In this document: piece after piece, positions 9,521 through 19,595 of the stretch
How positions within the stretch are numbered: the first letter of the stretch is position 1
Layout: every line of letters starts with the position of its first letter
Sequence record: DRR378314_146
Direction: 5' to 3' (one strand)
DNA: 46,033 nt
The notes under the pieces: model-generated
Seen by the model: only the letters and a program-made list of their open reading frames with translations
What the model was told of the DNA's origin: nothing
Databases searched by the model: none
Made by a program: the position numbers and the translations under genes

Positions 9521-10375
9521 ATGAACACTCTTTTGAAATTGGCCACCGTATCTGCCTTGGCCTTGGCTGTCGCAGCACCCTCCTTTGCGCAGAATCAAAT
9601 CACTGGCATTGAAGCACTGAACGACGACATCGACGACATCACACGGGATGTGAACAAAGATCTGAACCGCGGTGAAGACGCAGAGCGTTTTGGCCCGAAC
9701 GGTGTGGCACAAGGCTGGCGCGGCTCTTTCGCACTGTCCGCCTCAGGCACATCAGGCAACACAGACAATGGTGAATTGTCAGCCGCTGGCCGTTTGACCT
9801 ATGGCGTTGGCGACTGGAACCACCTGATTGGGTTCGCAGCAGAGTATGGCGAAGCAAATGGCGCGCGCAGCGAAGAAAAATTCTTCGCAACCTATGAAGG
9901 CAGCCGTTACTTCTCGGATACTTTCTATGCCTTTGGCCTTGCCCGCGTGCAATACGATGGTTTCCTCACCGATACAAACGGTGTTGAAATCGACGGTGAA
10001 GAGACAGACGCCTTCCTGGGCTTTGGTCCCGGCTACCGTGTGATCAACAAGGACAACCACACCTGGCGTGTTCAGGGCGGCCCCGGCGTGCGTTATTTTG
10101 AAGACGTGACCGGTAACTCTGAAACCGAAGTCGGCTTTATCGTTTCCTCACGCTACTACTATGCCTTCAACGACACAGTGTCTTTCACCAATGACACCGA
10201 TATCCTCGGTTCCGACGTGAACACCATTCTGTCCAACGATGCTGGTATCAACTTTAAGATGTCCGACAATCTGTCCACACGGGTCAGCTACCGCACAGAC
10301 TATAACACCGACCCTGCGGCGGGTCTGAAATCCACAGACAACACCATTGGTGTGTCTCTGGTTCTGGGGTTCTGA
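9521..10375 (+). CDS. DUF481/YdiY-family outer-membrane beta-barrel (salt-stress-induced OMP-like)
   Basis: Signal peptide (SFA|Q), SGTSGNTD, amphipathic beta strands, C-terminal Phe; strongly biased codon usage. Confidence 0.8.
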   Translation: MNTLLKLATVSALALAVAAPSFAQNQITGIEALNDDIDDITRDVNKDLNRGEDAERFGPNGVAQGWRGSFALSASGTSGNTDNGELSAAGRLTYGVGDWNHLIGFAAEYGEANGARSEEKFFATYEGSRYFSDTFYAFGLARVQYDGFLTDTNGVEIDGEETDAFLGFGPGYRVINKDNHTWRVQGGPGVRYFEDVTGNSETEVGFIVSSRYYYAFNDTVSFTNDTDILGSDVNTILSNDAGINFKMSDNLSTRVSYRTDYNTDPAAGLKSTDNTIGVSLVLGF

Positions 10376-10432
10376 TAAACGGAACGATCCGCGGCGGTTT
10401 GATTACCTCGTACCGTCAATGATCTGACTGAC

Positions 10433-10461
10433 AAGAGGATGGGGCAACCCATCCTCTTTTT
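10433..10461 (+). terminator. Rho-independent terminator, possibly bidirectional
   Basis: AAGAGGATGGG-GCAA-CCCATCCTCTT followed by T run, between convergent genes. Confidence 0.8.
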
Positions 10462-10478
10462 GCGTTGAGGGGTCGGCG

Positions 10479-11390
10479 TTATGTCCGGCCTTGCGCACAA
10501 ACTTCGCTTAACAGGTTGGAAAACGCACGGGTTGCAACGGAAGGGACTTCTTCGGTGCGGCTCATAATGCCTACAGCGCCGAGTGTCGGTGCCATATCCA
10601 CCCTCAGGGGCACCAACCGGCCCTGCGCGATATCCTCGGCGACGACCCCTTTGCTGATGACCCAGACGGTGTGGGGATCCGAGGTCACAACAGCGCGTCC
10701 GAAAGCAGGTGATGCAGTTTCAATGCGATTGTCAAAAAGCGGAACGCTGCGGGCGATCAACATCCGGGCAACCAAAGGGCGGATGGCTGACTCCTTGGGG
10801 GGATAAAGCACGCGAAAGGCGGCAAGATTGTGAAAGTCGGTGATGCCCAAGGCCGGACTTTCGGGGTTGGCGACAATCACAACCTCTTCTGCGTATAGCT
10901 GCCGGAAGCTCAGACCAATCATGGCATCGGGGCTGCCCAGCCGTCCAACCACCATATCGAGCCCCCCTTGGCGCAGCCGCGCCGTCAGATCACTGTGCGG
11001 CCCTTCATGAATCTCGACGCGGGTATCGGGGCTTTGCTCTGCAAAAATCATCGCTGCCTTGGGCAACAGGGACGTGGCCACGCTGGGCAAGGCACCCACT
11101 TTTAACTGGCCCGCCGCACTGCTGGTCGCCCTTATACTGCGCAAACCGTTTCTAAGAGCGGCGGTGCTTTGCTCTGCAAATTGCAGGAAAACCTCACCCT
11201 CCGGCGTCAGGGATACACCCGCACGGCTGCGGGTCATCACAACCACGCCCAGTATCTCTTCCAACTCTCTAAGCGTCTTTGAAATCGCCGGTTGCGTCAG
11301 GTTCAACTGATTGGCGGCGACCTTGAAACTATTGGCCCGCACAATCGCGCTGAACGCATCCAGATGCCGAAATTTGATACGTCTGTCCAT
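10479..11390 (-). CDS. pcaQ: PcaQ LysR-type activator of pca genes
   Basis: MDRRIKFRHL N-terminus, LTQPAISKTLRELE; divergent from pobA-pcaCHG. Confidence 0.9.
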   Translation of the reverse strand: MDRRIKFRHLDAFSAIVRANSFKVAANQLNLTQPAISKTLRELEEILGVVVMTRSRAGVSLTPEGEVFLQFAEQSTAALRNGLRSIRATSSAAGQLKVGALPSVATSLLPKAAMIFAEQSPDTRVEIHEGPHSDLTARLRQGGLDMVVGRLGSPDAMIGLSFRQLYAEEVVIVANPESPALGITDFHNLAAFRVLYPPKESAIRPLVARMLIARSVPLFDNRIETASPAFGRAVVTSDPHTVWVISKGVVAEDIAQGRLVPLRVDMAPTLGAVGIMSRTEEVPSVATRAFSNLLSEVCAQGRT

Positions 11391-11486
11391 ATAGATGCCT
11401 ATTTGGATATCTAAGTTACCCATTTTATCATTTTCAATACCCATAAAACTATGGGACATTCAATTCAACAGCCGCAGGAGAATGGC

Positions 11487-12656
11487 ATGAAAACGCAGGT
11501 CGCAATTATTGGTGGCGGGCCCTCCGGTCTGTTGTTGTCCCAACTGCTGCACACACGCGGGATCAGTTCCGTGGTGTTGGAACGCAAGACCAAGCAATAT
11601 GTGCTTAGCCGCATCCGCGCTGGCGTTCTGGAACAGGGGCTGGTTGGCCTGATGGAAGAGGCCGGCTGCGCGGCGCGTCTGCATGCCGAAGGCATCGAAC
11701 ATGACGGCACGCTTATTTCCTATGGCGACGAAATGTTTCGCGTTGATTTCATTGAACACACAGGCAAACCGGTGATGGTCTATGGCCAAACCGAAGTGAC
11801 CCGCGATCTATATGACGCCCGTGAAAAGGTCGGTGGTCAGATCGAATTCAATGTAGAAGACGTGGTGATCCAGGGTGCCGACACAGAAGCACCGAAGGTG
11901 CGTTGTACTGTGGACGGACAGGCCCGTGAAATAGACTGCGACTTTGTTGCAGGATGTGACGGGTTTCATGGCGTCAGCCGCCAGGCAATCCCCCTTGAGG
12001 TACGCCGCGAATATGAAAAGGTCTATCCATTTGGCTGGCTTGGCATCCTGTCTGACACACCCCCGGTCAACAATGAGCTGATCTATGCCAACTCGCCGCG
12101 CGGCTTTGCCCTGTGTTCAATGCGCAATGAAAAGCTAAGCCGCTATTACATTCAGTGTTCGTCCTCAGATCGGCCTGAAGACTGGACGGATGCCGCCTTC
12201 TGGCAGGAGCTGAAACGCCGCATCCCCGAAGAACAGGCGAATAAATTGATCACCGGCCCCAGTATCGAGAAATCCATCGCCCCGCTGCGGTCCTTTGTGA
12301 CCGAACCCATGCGATGGGGCAGGCTGTTCCTTTGCGGTGATGCTGCGCATATTGTCCCACCAACAGGGGCCAAGGGGCTGAACACTGCCGCATCGGATGT
12401 GCACTACCTTTATAATGGGTTACGTGATTTTTACGAAAACAACAGCACCAATGGCATCGACAGCTATTCTGAAAAGGCACTGGCCCGCGTCTGGAAAGCA
12501 GAAAGGTTCAGCTGGTGGTTCTCTTCTCTGATGCACAGCTACCCGGACCAAACACCATTCGACCTGAAAATGCAGGTTGCAGAAATAGAATTCCTGCGCA
12601 CCAATAAGGCTGCGCAACAGGCAATGGCGGAAAACTATGTCGGGCTGCCCTATTGA
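11487..12656 (+). CDS. pobA: 4-hydroxybenzoate 3-monooxygenase
   Basis: MKTQVAIIGGGPSGLLL, RIRAGVLE, GCDGFHG, YPFGWLG, GDAAHIVPPTGAKGLN, AENYVGLPY. Confidence 0.97.
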   Translation: MKTQVAIIGGGPSGLLLSQLLHTRGISSVVLERKTKQYVLSRIRAGVLEQGLVGLMEEAGCAARLHAEGIEHDGTLISYGDEMFRVDFIEHTGKPVMVYGQTEVTRDLYDAREKVGGQIEFNVEDVVIQGADTEAPKVRCTVDGQAREIDCDFVAGCDGFHGVSRQAIPLEVRREYEKVYPFGWLGILSDTPPVNNELIYANSPRGFALCSMRNEKLSRYYIQCSSSDRPEDWTDAAFWQELKRRIPEEQANKLITGPSIEKSIAPLRSFVTEPMRWGRLFLCGDAAHIVPPTGAKGLNTAASDVHYLYNGLRDFYENNSTNGIDSYSEKALARVWKAERFSWWFSSLMHSYPDQTPFDLKMQVAEIEFLRTNKAAQQAMAENYVGLPY

Positions 12657-12704
12657 GGGCCAACTGAACAACGCCTCCAGATCGGTTTACAAGGGAGATC
12701 GACA

Positions 12705-13085
12705 ATGTCGGATCGTTTCGAAAAAGGCATGACCACCCGGCGCAGGGTTCTGGGGGATGCCCATGTAGACCGTGCAGAGGCCAGTCGCACAACGTTTGAC
12801 ACCCCATTCCAAGACATGATTACCGAAGGGGCCTGGGGCACATTGTGGTCAAATGACAGCATCAGTGACCGCGAGCGTTCGATGTTGACCCTGTCCTTGC
12901 TGGCTGCAACCGGCAACTTTGAGGAGATCCCGATGCACATCCGCGCCACGGCCAATACAGGTGCCAGCCCGCAGGATGTGATGCAGGCGTTTATGCATGT
13001 GGCGGTCTATGCGGGTGTGCCGAAAGCCAACCATGCGATTAAACTGGCCAAACAGACCTTTGCCGAGATGGGAGTCCCTTTATGA
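12705..13085 (+). CDS. pcaC: 4-carboxymuconolactone decarboxylase
   Basis: [32 protein letters not shown]-x-AN. Confidence 0.93.
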   Translation: MSDRFEKGMTTRRRVLGDAHVDRAEASRTTFDTPFQDMITEGAWGTLWSNDSISDRERSMLTLSLLAATGNFEEIPMHIRATANTGASPQDVMQAFMHVAVYAGVPKANHAIKLAKQTFAEMGVPL

Positions 13086-13828
13086 GCAGTGCCGACATGC
13101 CCGCCAAAACCGGCGGCTATATCCCACGCGACCGCAACTGGCAGCCCGAGGCGCTGACCCCGCCTTATAAAACCAGCATCAAACGCAGCCCGCAGGCCGC
13201 GCTTTTGTCCTTCCCCAGCACGCTTAGCGAAGAAACCGCGCCAATGTTTGGCCATCACATGCTGGGCGCACTGGACAGCGATCTGATCCACAACTACGCG
13301 CAGGATGGTGCAAGCGCAATTGGCCCGCGCATCATCGTGCATGGGCGAGTCTTGGATGAAAACGGTCGCGGTGTGCCCGGTGCCTTGCTGGAGGTCTGGC
13401 AGGCCAATGCAGGCGGGCGGTATCGTCACAAGAAAGAAAGCTATCTGGCACCGCTGGACCCCAACTTTGGCGGCTGTGGACGCACCATCACCGGGGCGGA
13501 TGGCAGTTACGAATTTCGCAGTATCCAACCCGGCCCCTACCCTTGGCCCAACGGCATGAACGATTGGCGCCCTGCCCATATCCATTTCTCGATCTTCGGG
13601 CATGGTTTTGCCCAGCGTCTGATCACCCAGATGTATTTCGAAGGGGATCCGCATATCAAACTGTGCCCCATCGTCGGAATCCTTAAAACGCAAGCGGCGA
13701 TTGACGCGTTGACCGCACCCTTGGACATGAACCGCACTGTCCCGATGGACAGCCGTGCGTTCAAATTCGACATCGTGCTGCGCGGCCGGCGGCAGACCTA
13801 TTTCGAGAACCGCAAGGAGGGGCTGTGA
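13082..13828 (+). CDS. pcaH: Protocatechuate 3,4-dioxygenase beta subunit
   Basis: [38 protein letters not shown]. Confidence 0.96.
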   Translation: MSSADMPAKTGGYIPRDRNWQPEALTPPYKTSIKRSPQAALLSFPSTLSEETAPMFGHHMLGALDSDLIHNYAQDGASAIGPRIIVHGRVLDENGRGVPGALLEVWQANAGGRYRHKKESYLAPLDPNFGGCGRTITGADGSYEFRSIQPGPYPWPNGMNDWRPAHIHFSIFGHGFAQRLITQMYFEGDPHIKLCPIVGILKTQAAIDALTAPLDMNRTVPMDSRAFKFDIVLRGRRQTYFENRKEGL

Positions 13829-13830
13829 TC

Positions 13831-14445
13831 ATGGTACAACCTTTGAACCATCTGCGCGAAAGCCCCAGCCAGACGGCGGGGCCCTATGTGCATATCGGCT
13901 GCACACCCAACTTTACCGGCATTGAGATTTACGGTGGTGACCTTGGCACCTCGATGAAGACCGGCCCGGTACAGGGCAGCGAGATCACCATCAAGGGCAT
14001 TGTCTATGATGGCACCGGCACACCGTTGCGCGATGCGATGATCGAAATCTGGCAACCCGATGCGGCGGGCCTGTTTGCCTCCGCCAATGAAACACGCGGT
14101 ACAGCTGATCCTAATTTCACCGGCTGGGGCCGTTCACCGGGGGATATGGAGACTGGCGAATTCACCTTTGAGACCGTCAAACCGGGTGCGGTGCCCTTTC
14201 CCGATGGGCGCATGCAGGCACCCCATATCACCGCATGGATTGTGGCCCGCGGGATCAACATCGGCCTGCACACCCGGATCTATTTCGAAGACGAGGCCGC
14301 CGCGAATGCCGTGGATCCGATCCTGACACGGATCGAACATCAAAACCGTGTGCCAACCCTGCTTGCCAAACAACAGGCAAATGGCAGTTACCGGTTCGAC
14401 ATCCATTTGCAAGGGCCGGATGAAACCATCTTTTTTGATATCTGA
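13831..14445 (+). CDS. pcaG: Protocatechuate 3,4-dioxygenase alpha subunit
   Basis: ESPSQTAGPYVHIG, QAPHI, ARGINIGLHTRIYF, ETIFFDI; alternative start GTG 13825. Confidence 0.95.
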   Translation: MVQPLNHLRESPSQTAGPYVHIGCTPNFTGIEIYGGDLGTSMKTGPVQGSEITIKGIVYDGTGTPLRDAMIEIWQPDAAGLFASANETRGTADPNFTGWGRSPGDMETGEFTFETVKPGAVPFPDGRMQAPHITAWIVARGINIGLHTRIYFEDEAAANAVDPILTRIEHQNRVPTLLAKQQANGSYRFDIHLQGPDETIFFDI

Positions 14446-14452
14446 GAACGCC

Positions 14453-15280
14453 ATGACCAACCCCTGTATCATCTGTGTCGCCATCACCGGATCTGTGCCG
14501 ACACAGGCCGACAATCCCGCTGTGCCGGTCACCATCGCCGAACAGATTGAAAGCACCCAACAGGCTTTTGAAGCCGGGGCCAGCATCGCCCATTGCCATG
14601 TGCGTGATGATGCGGGCAAGCCGACCTCTGACCCCGAACGTTTTGCGGCATTGAAAGAAGGTTTGGAAAAACACTGCCCCGGCATGATTGTGCAATTCTC
14701 GTCCGGCGGGCGGTCCGGTGCCGGGCGTGAACGTGGTGGCATGTTGCCACTTGCACCCGACATGGCCTCCCTGACGGTGGGGTCAAACAACTTTCCCACA
14801 CGGGTCTATGAAAACAGCCCCGATCTGGTCGATTGGCTGGCCGCTGAGATGATCACCTATAAGGTGAAGCCCGAGATTGAAGCCTTTGATCTTGGGCATA
14901 TTGTACATGCTGCAAGAATGGCCGCGGATGGGCGGCTCAAGGGGCCGCTTTACGTGCAATTTGTCATGGGGGTGAAAAACGCGATGCCGGCGGATGAGCC
15001 GATCTTTGATTTCTATATTGAAACGCTGAAACGGCTTGCGCCTGATGCGCAATGGTGTGCCGCAGGCATTGGACCGGCCCAGCTGACCATCAATGAATGG
15101 TCTATTGCCAAAGGTGGTCACACCCGTACCGGCCTAGAAGATAACATACGATTGGATCGCGAACGCCTTGCCCCGTCGAACGCGGCGCTGGTGCAGCGTG
15201 CGGTCGATCTGTGCGAGAAATACGAGCGCCCCGTCGCCACATGGCAACAGGCCCGCGCAATCCTTGGGCTGGAGACCTAA
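14453..15280 (+). CDS. DUF849 beta-keto acid cleavage enzyme (BKACE/Kce family)
   Basis: IICVAITGS, AGASIAHCHVR (HxH), SSGGR, RTGLEDN, AR-x-ILGL. Confidence 0.9.
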   Translation: MTNPCIICVAITGSVPTQADNPAVPVTIAEQIESTQQAFEAGASIAHCHVRDDAGKPTSDPERFAALKEGLEKHCPGMIVQFSSGGRSGAGRERGGMLPLAPDMASLTVGSNNFPTRVYENSPDLVDWLAAEMITYKVKPEIEAFDLGHIVHAARMAADGRLKGPLYVQFVMGVKNAMPADEPIFDFYIETLKRLAPDAQWCAAGIGPAQLTINEWSIAKGGHTRTGLEDNIRLDRERLAPSNAALVQRAVDLCEKYERPVATWQQARAILGLET

Positions 15281-15295
15281 CCGCCTTCGCCAGCT

Positions 15296-16642
15296 CTAGG
15301 CCGCGGCCAGCCCAACATCCAGCGCCGAAAGGATCACATCCGCATCCGCCTGCGTCAGTACCAGCGGCGGTGACAGGATGATGTTCGGCCCCGATACCCG
15401 CACCATGGCTCCGTTCTGATAGGCCACGTCCTGAACCACCCCTGCCCGTGCGCCATCTATCGGCTTTTTCGTGGCACGGTCGCTGACCAGTTCAATCGCT
15501 GTCATCAACCCGTGGCCGCCACGCACGTCACCAATGATCTCGTGTTTTTCCATCAGCGCCTTGCAGCCTTCATAGATCTGCGTGCCCCGCGCGGCGGCGT
15601 TTTCGACAACATTCAGCCGTTTGGTTTCTGCCAGACAGGCCAATGCAGCAGCCGCCCCGACCGGATGGCCGGAATAGGTATAGCCGTGCCCGATTTTGGC
15701 TGCCGGATTGCCTTCGAAGGCGTCAATCATCCGATCCCCCAGCATCACAGCACCGAAAGGAAAAAACCCGTTTGTGATCGCCTTGGCTGTCGCCATCATA
15801 TCCGGCTTGATGCCCCACAGGCGGGCCCCGGTCCATGCACCGGTGCGCCCATAGGCGGTGATCACCTCATCTGTGATCAACAAGATACCGTGGCGGTTGC
15901 AAATCTCCTGAACCATTGGCGCGAAACTGGGGTGTGGTACAATCACCCCGCCTGCCCCGAGGATAGGTTCAATGACCATGGCCGCGATGGTATGGGCCCC
16001 CTGAAATGCGATCTCGTCTTCCAGCGCATTTGCACAAAGCTGCGCCAGCTTGGCAGGGTCGGTTTCATTGAAGGGATTGCGATAGGTATAGGGGGCCGGA
16101 ATGTGAAAACAGCCGGGCATCAAGGGTTCATATGCCGCCCTGAAATTGGCATTTCCGTTGACGCTTGCCGCGCCCATATGGGTGCCGTGATAACCTTTCT
16201 TAAGGCTTAGAAACTTGGTGCGCCCCGGCTCTGCGCGCAGCTTGTGATACTGACGGGCCAGCCGCAAAGCGGTTTCGATGGAATCCGACCCCCCAGAGGT
16301 GAAAAACGCACGGCTTAACCCGTCGGGGGCAAAAAACTGTGCCAGCTCATAAGATAGTTCAATCGCCGCATCATTGCTGGTGCCGCGAAAGGTCGAATAA
16401 TACGGCAGGGTATGCAGCTGGCTGGAAATGGCATCTTTCACCGGCTGGCAGGAGTAACCAAGATTGACGTTCCACAAGCCGCCCACAGCATCAACAGTAT
16501 CATGACCATCAATATCACGGATCCGCACCCCTTCAGAGGATACGATGATTTTGGGCGGTTCTGTCATACTGTCTTCGGGCGAAGTCATGGGATGCCAGAA
16601 ATGGCGTGCGTTGTTCTCTTTCAGAAAATTGGAATCTTTCAT
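15296..16642 (-). CDS. Class III (omega-amino acid) aminotransferase
   Basis: GGLWNVNLGY, SGGSDS, GYHGTH, DEVITAYGRTG, AKAITNG, HGYTYSGHP. Confidence 0.92.
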   Translation of the reverse strand: MKDSNFLKENNARHFWHPMTSPEDSMTEPPKIIVSSEGVRIRDIDGHDTVDAVGGLWNVNLGYSCQPVKDAISSQLHTLPYYSTFRGTSNDAAIELSYELAQFFAPDGLSRAFFTSGGSDSIETALRLARQYHKLRAEPGRTKFLSLKKGYHGTHMGAASVNGNANFRAAYEPLMPGCFHIPAPYTYRNPFNETDPAKLAQLCANALEDEIAFQGAHTIAAMVIEPILGAGGVIVPHPSFAPMVQEICNRHGILLITDEVITAYGRTGAWTGARLWGIKPDMMATAKAITNGFFPFGAVMLGDRMIDAFEGNPAAKIGHGYTYSGHPVGAAAALACLAETKRLNVVENAAARGTQIYEGCKALMEKHEIIGDVRGGHGLMTAIELVSDRATKKPIDGARAGVVQDVAYQNGAMVRVSGPNIILSPPLVLTQADADVILSALDVGLAAA

Positions 16643-17448
16643 GATGTAAGGGCCTTTTTGCTGTCAGAGGTTAATGTTGCATCCCAAAGCGCCTGAACCT
16701 TCGGCGGCACCCGTCCGCCCCAATTATGGGTGATGTCCTGACTGGCTTTGACAAGCTGATGTTTGGTTTCCTGTATACGGGCAGGCGTGATCCGGCTTGA
16801 GACACTGGCCACCGCAACGCTGCCCGCCACTTGGCCTGTGTGGTCAAAGACCGGCACGGCAAGCCCGTGAATATCCGCCTCAAGCCCGCGATCCGAGATG
16901 GCAAACCCCTGTGTGGCGGCGGCATCCACCAGCACTTGCAGCTGCTCCTCTGTGGCGGCGGTATGAGAGGTGAACGCCGCCAACCCCGCTGTTGCGACGG
17001 GCATCAACTCTGGCGGGCCAAAGGCCAAAACGCACAGTCCCGATGCCGTGGCATGCAGCGGCAGGGTCTGCAGGTCGATCACCGCACGTGTGCTGTGCAA
17101 ATTCGATTCACAAAAGGCCAGGGCATGCAGCGTGTGACCGGACAGCACGGAAACATGTGCGGTTTCACCAATGGCATCCGCAAGTGTTTGCAGAGGAGCA
17201 AGGGCACCGCTGCGCCGTGGCACGGTAGCTTCGCGCAGATCCGCCAGATGCAGGACGGCAGGGCCAATCCGATAGGATTTGGTGCGCGGGTTCTGTTCCA
17301 CAAACCCCAGATCCTGCAGCGCCGTGAGATGACGATAGGTCGTGGCCTTGTCACGTTTAGCCGCACGGCACAGATCCGACAGACCGATTTCGGGAGATTC
17401 CACGGAAAAGTGGTTCAGCAATGCGAGGGCTTTGGCAACGACAGACAT
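16639..17448 (-). CDS. IclR-family transcriptional regulator
   Basis: SVVAKALALL, KATTYRHL, Y-x-IGP, IGETAH, PLHATASG, GLAVPVFD. Confidence 0.92.
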   Translation of the reverse strand: MSVVAKALALLNHFSVESPEIGLSDLCRAAKRDKATTYRHLTALQDLGFVEQNPRTKSYRIGPAVLHLADLREATVPRRSGALAPLQTLADAIGETAHVSVLSGHTLHALAFCESNLHSTRAVIDLQTLPLHATASGLCVLAFGPPELMPVATAGLAAFTSHTAATEEQLQVLVDAAATQGFAISDRGLEADIHGLAVPVFDHTGQVAGSVAVASVSSRITPARIQETKHQLVKASQDITHNWGGRVPPKVQALWDATLTSDSKKALTS

Positions 17449-17523
17449 ATCCGCTTTCTTGAAAAGGTTCTGCTTCTCAGAAGCTTGACGATTAGCGCGG
17501 CCAACGCAATCAATTTTTCAATA

Positions 17524-17548
17524 CATCGGTTTATTAATTGAACCGATG
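17524..17548. promoter_or_regulatory. Inverted repeat, candidate IclR operator
   Basis: CATCGGTT-tattaattg-AACCGATG, 76-100 bp upstream of the IclR start. Confidence 0.5.
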
Positions 17549-17661
17549 ACATGTAAAAGGGGAGTTCTCTATCCAGAAAAGGCGCTGCATGTAGTCCTTC
17601 GACAGTGCCTTTTCCTGCGTTTGCTGTCGGGGTAGCAATCTGGGTGGTGTAAAACCCGCCC

Positions 17662-19575
17662 TCAATACAGCCCGTTGATCTCCAGCGGCAGCCGTTCGAC
17701 CTTGCGTTCTTTCAACAGGCTGCGTGGCGGTTCCGCGGCATCGGCCTTGCGGATCCGTTTGAACTGGCGTTGTGCCACTGCTGTCGCCTTGTGCTGGCTG
17801 TCGATGACCGTGGGGCGCATAAAGACAAACAGGGTGCGCCGGGTCTGGCTTTTACTGCGCGAGCGGAATAACCCGCCGATGATTGGCGTATCGCCAAGCC
17901 CCGGAACCTTGCCATTGACCGCGCTGCTGTCGTCGGTGATCAACCCGCCCAGCACAATGGTGCCGCCGTCCTGTGCTTGCACCGTGGTTTCGATTACCCG
18001 CCGATTTGTCACCAGATCGGCTGCTCCTTCGACATTTGCATCCACAAGGCTTGAGACCTCTTGCGAGATGTCCAGCCGCACAACCCCGTTCGAGGTCACA
18101 CGCGGCAGCACCTGCATGGTGATACCGACATCGCGCCGCTCGATGGTGGTGAAGGGCGTGGCCGTATTGCCATCCGTCGCAAAAGATCCGGTGCGGAACG
18201 GGACGTTCTGGCCCACCACAATGGTCGCCGGTTTATTGTCCGTGGTGGTGATTGATGGTGTTGACAGCAGATTGGCCTGTGTTGATTGCGACAGCGCCTG
18301 CACCAGAATGCCAAAGTTATCGACTGCACCGCCCAATGTCAGACCACTGGCCAGACCCGATGCCTGACTGACGCCTAGGGCGCTCAGGACATTGCCAAGC
18401 GAGGTGCCACCGTTGCCAAAGGACGTCGCCGCAATGCCGCCGCGAGGAATATTCTCGCCAAGGCCAAGTTGCACACCAAGCCGTTCGGCAACCTCACCGG
18501 AGACTTCGACAATGGCGGCCTCAATCATCACTTGCGCAGGCCGCTGGTCCAGCGCTGCAATCAGGCTGGTGGCTTCCTGAATTTGGGTCGCCGTGCCACG
18601 GATAACAATGGAATTTGTTTCAGTCGAGGCCTGCACGGAGACCTCTGGCGCCGGGCCTGATGGCAAAGGCACCTGATCACCCTCCACCGCCTGCGCCACC
18701 GGATTGGCAATATCCGCGCCCCCTTGCAGGGTGTTTGCAACAATGGCGGCGACAACCTCGGCATCGCCGTATTTCAATGCATAAAGATGTGTGCGTTTTT
18801 GCACTCTTGGATTGCTGCGCGGGGCGACGTCAAGATCGCGGGCAAGCTGCCTGATCTGGCTGATGTCCCTCTCCGTGCCACGTACCAGCAGCAGATTGGA
18901 AGCCGTATCAACAGAGATTTTTGCCCCCGTCCCAGAAGATCCAAGCACCTCGGTCATGGCTTGTGCCACCGTCTCTGCCTCGGCAAAGGCAAATCGGATC
19001 ACCTCGGTGCGCTGTTCCTCGGGCGTGTCAAATGTGCGGGCGATGGCAACAATGCGGTCCACATTGGCCTGCGTGTCGGTAATGATAATGGCGTTCGGAT
19101 CTGTCAGCGCCTCGATATATCCGTTCTGGGCCACCAGCGGGCGCAGCACCCGCACCGCCTCGGCAGAAGGCAGCCGCGCGAGCGGCACCAGTTTAGTGAC
19201 CACATCCTGATCTCCCGCCGGACTACCGGCACCGGCAGCACCTCCTTTGGCAACGGATTGGGTTTCGGGGACAATCTCCCAGATCACCCCGGCCTCAACC
19301 GCCACAAAACCGCGCACCCGCAGCATGGATTGAAACAAGGACCAGACGCCTGCCTGCGTTAGGGGTTTGGCAGAGATCACCGTCACATCCCCTGCAAGGC
19401 CAGGGTTGATCACCAATGTGCGTTCGGTGATTTCAGACACTTGTTCGGCCAGCACGGAAATTTCAGCATTGCGCAGGTTGATCACGAAATCAGCCTTGGC
19501 ATTGTCCAATTGCGCCCAAAGCGCAGAAGGCAACAAGAATACCAGAAGTACAAGATGGGCGGTCAATCTGCGCAT
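17662..19575 (-). CDS. gspD: Type II secretion secretin GspD
   Basis: Signal peptide, N0-N3 domains, QVMIEAAIVEV, LSTPSITTTDN, VGQNVPF, ERRDVGI, KVPGLGD-x-PIIGGLFRS; start 19575 has a GGAGG RBS (alternative 19596). Confidence 0.95.
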   Translation of the reverse strand: MRRLTAHLVLLVFLLPSALWAQLDNAKADFVINLRNAEISVLAEQVSEITERTLVINPGLAGDVTVISAKPLTQAGVWSLFQSMLRVRGFVAVEAGVIWEIVPETQSVAKGGAAGAGSPAGDQDVVTKLVPLARLPSAEAVRVLRPLVAQNGYIEALTDPNAIIITDTQANVDRIVAIARTFDTPEEQRTEVIRFAFAEAETVAQAMTEVLGSSGTGAKISVDTASNLLLVRGTERDISQIRQLARDLDVAPRSNPRVQKRTHLYALKYGDAEVVAAIVANTLQGGADIANPVAQAVEGDQVPLPSGPAPEVSVQASTETNSIVIRGTATQIQEATSLIAALDQRPAQVMIEAAIVEVSGEVAERLGVQLGLGENIPRGGIAATSFGNGGTSLGNVLSALGVSQASGLASGLTLGGAVDNFGILVQALSQSTQANLLSTPSITTTDNKPATIVVGQNVPFRTGSFATDGNTATPFTTIERRDVGITMQVLPRVTSNGVVRLDISQEVSSLVDANVEGAADLVTNRRVIETTVQAQDGGTIVLGGLITDDSSAVNGKVPGLGDTPIIGGLFRSRSKSQTRRTLFVFMRPTVIDSQHKATAVAQRQFKRIRKADAAEPPRSLLKERKVERLPLEINGLY

Positions 19576-19595
19576 GCTGCTCCTCCCCATCCTCA

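Noticed and set aside
11395-11410. Possible PcaQ box (ATGCCT-ATTT-GGATAT)
   Set aside because: Position is plausible but the dyad is weak; not distinguishable from AT-rich background by eye.
12657-12712. Possible pcaD 3' vestige (…RFTREIDNV) before pcaC
   Set aside because: Too short, and explained by the RBS composition; cannot be supported without an alignment.
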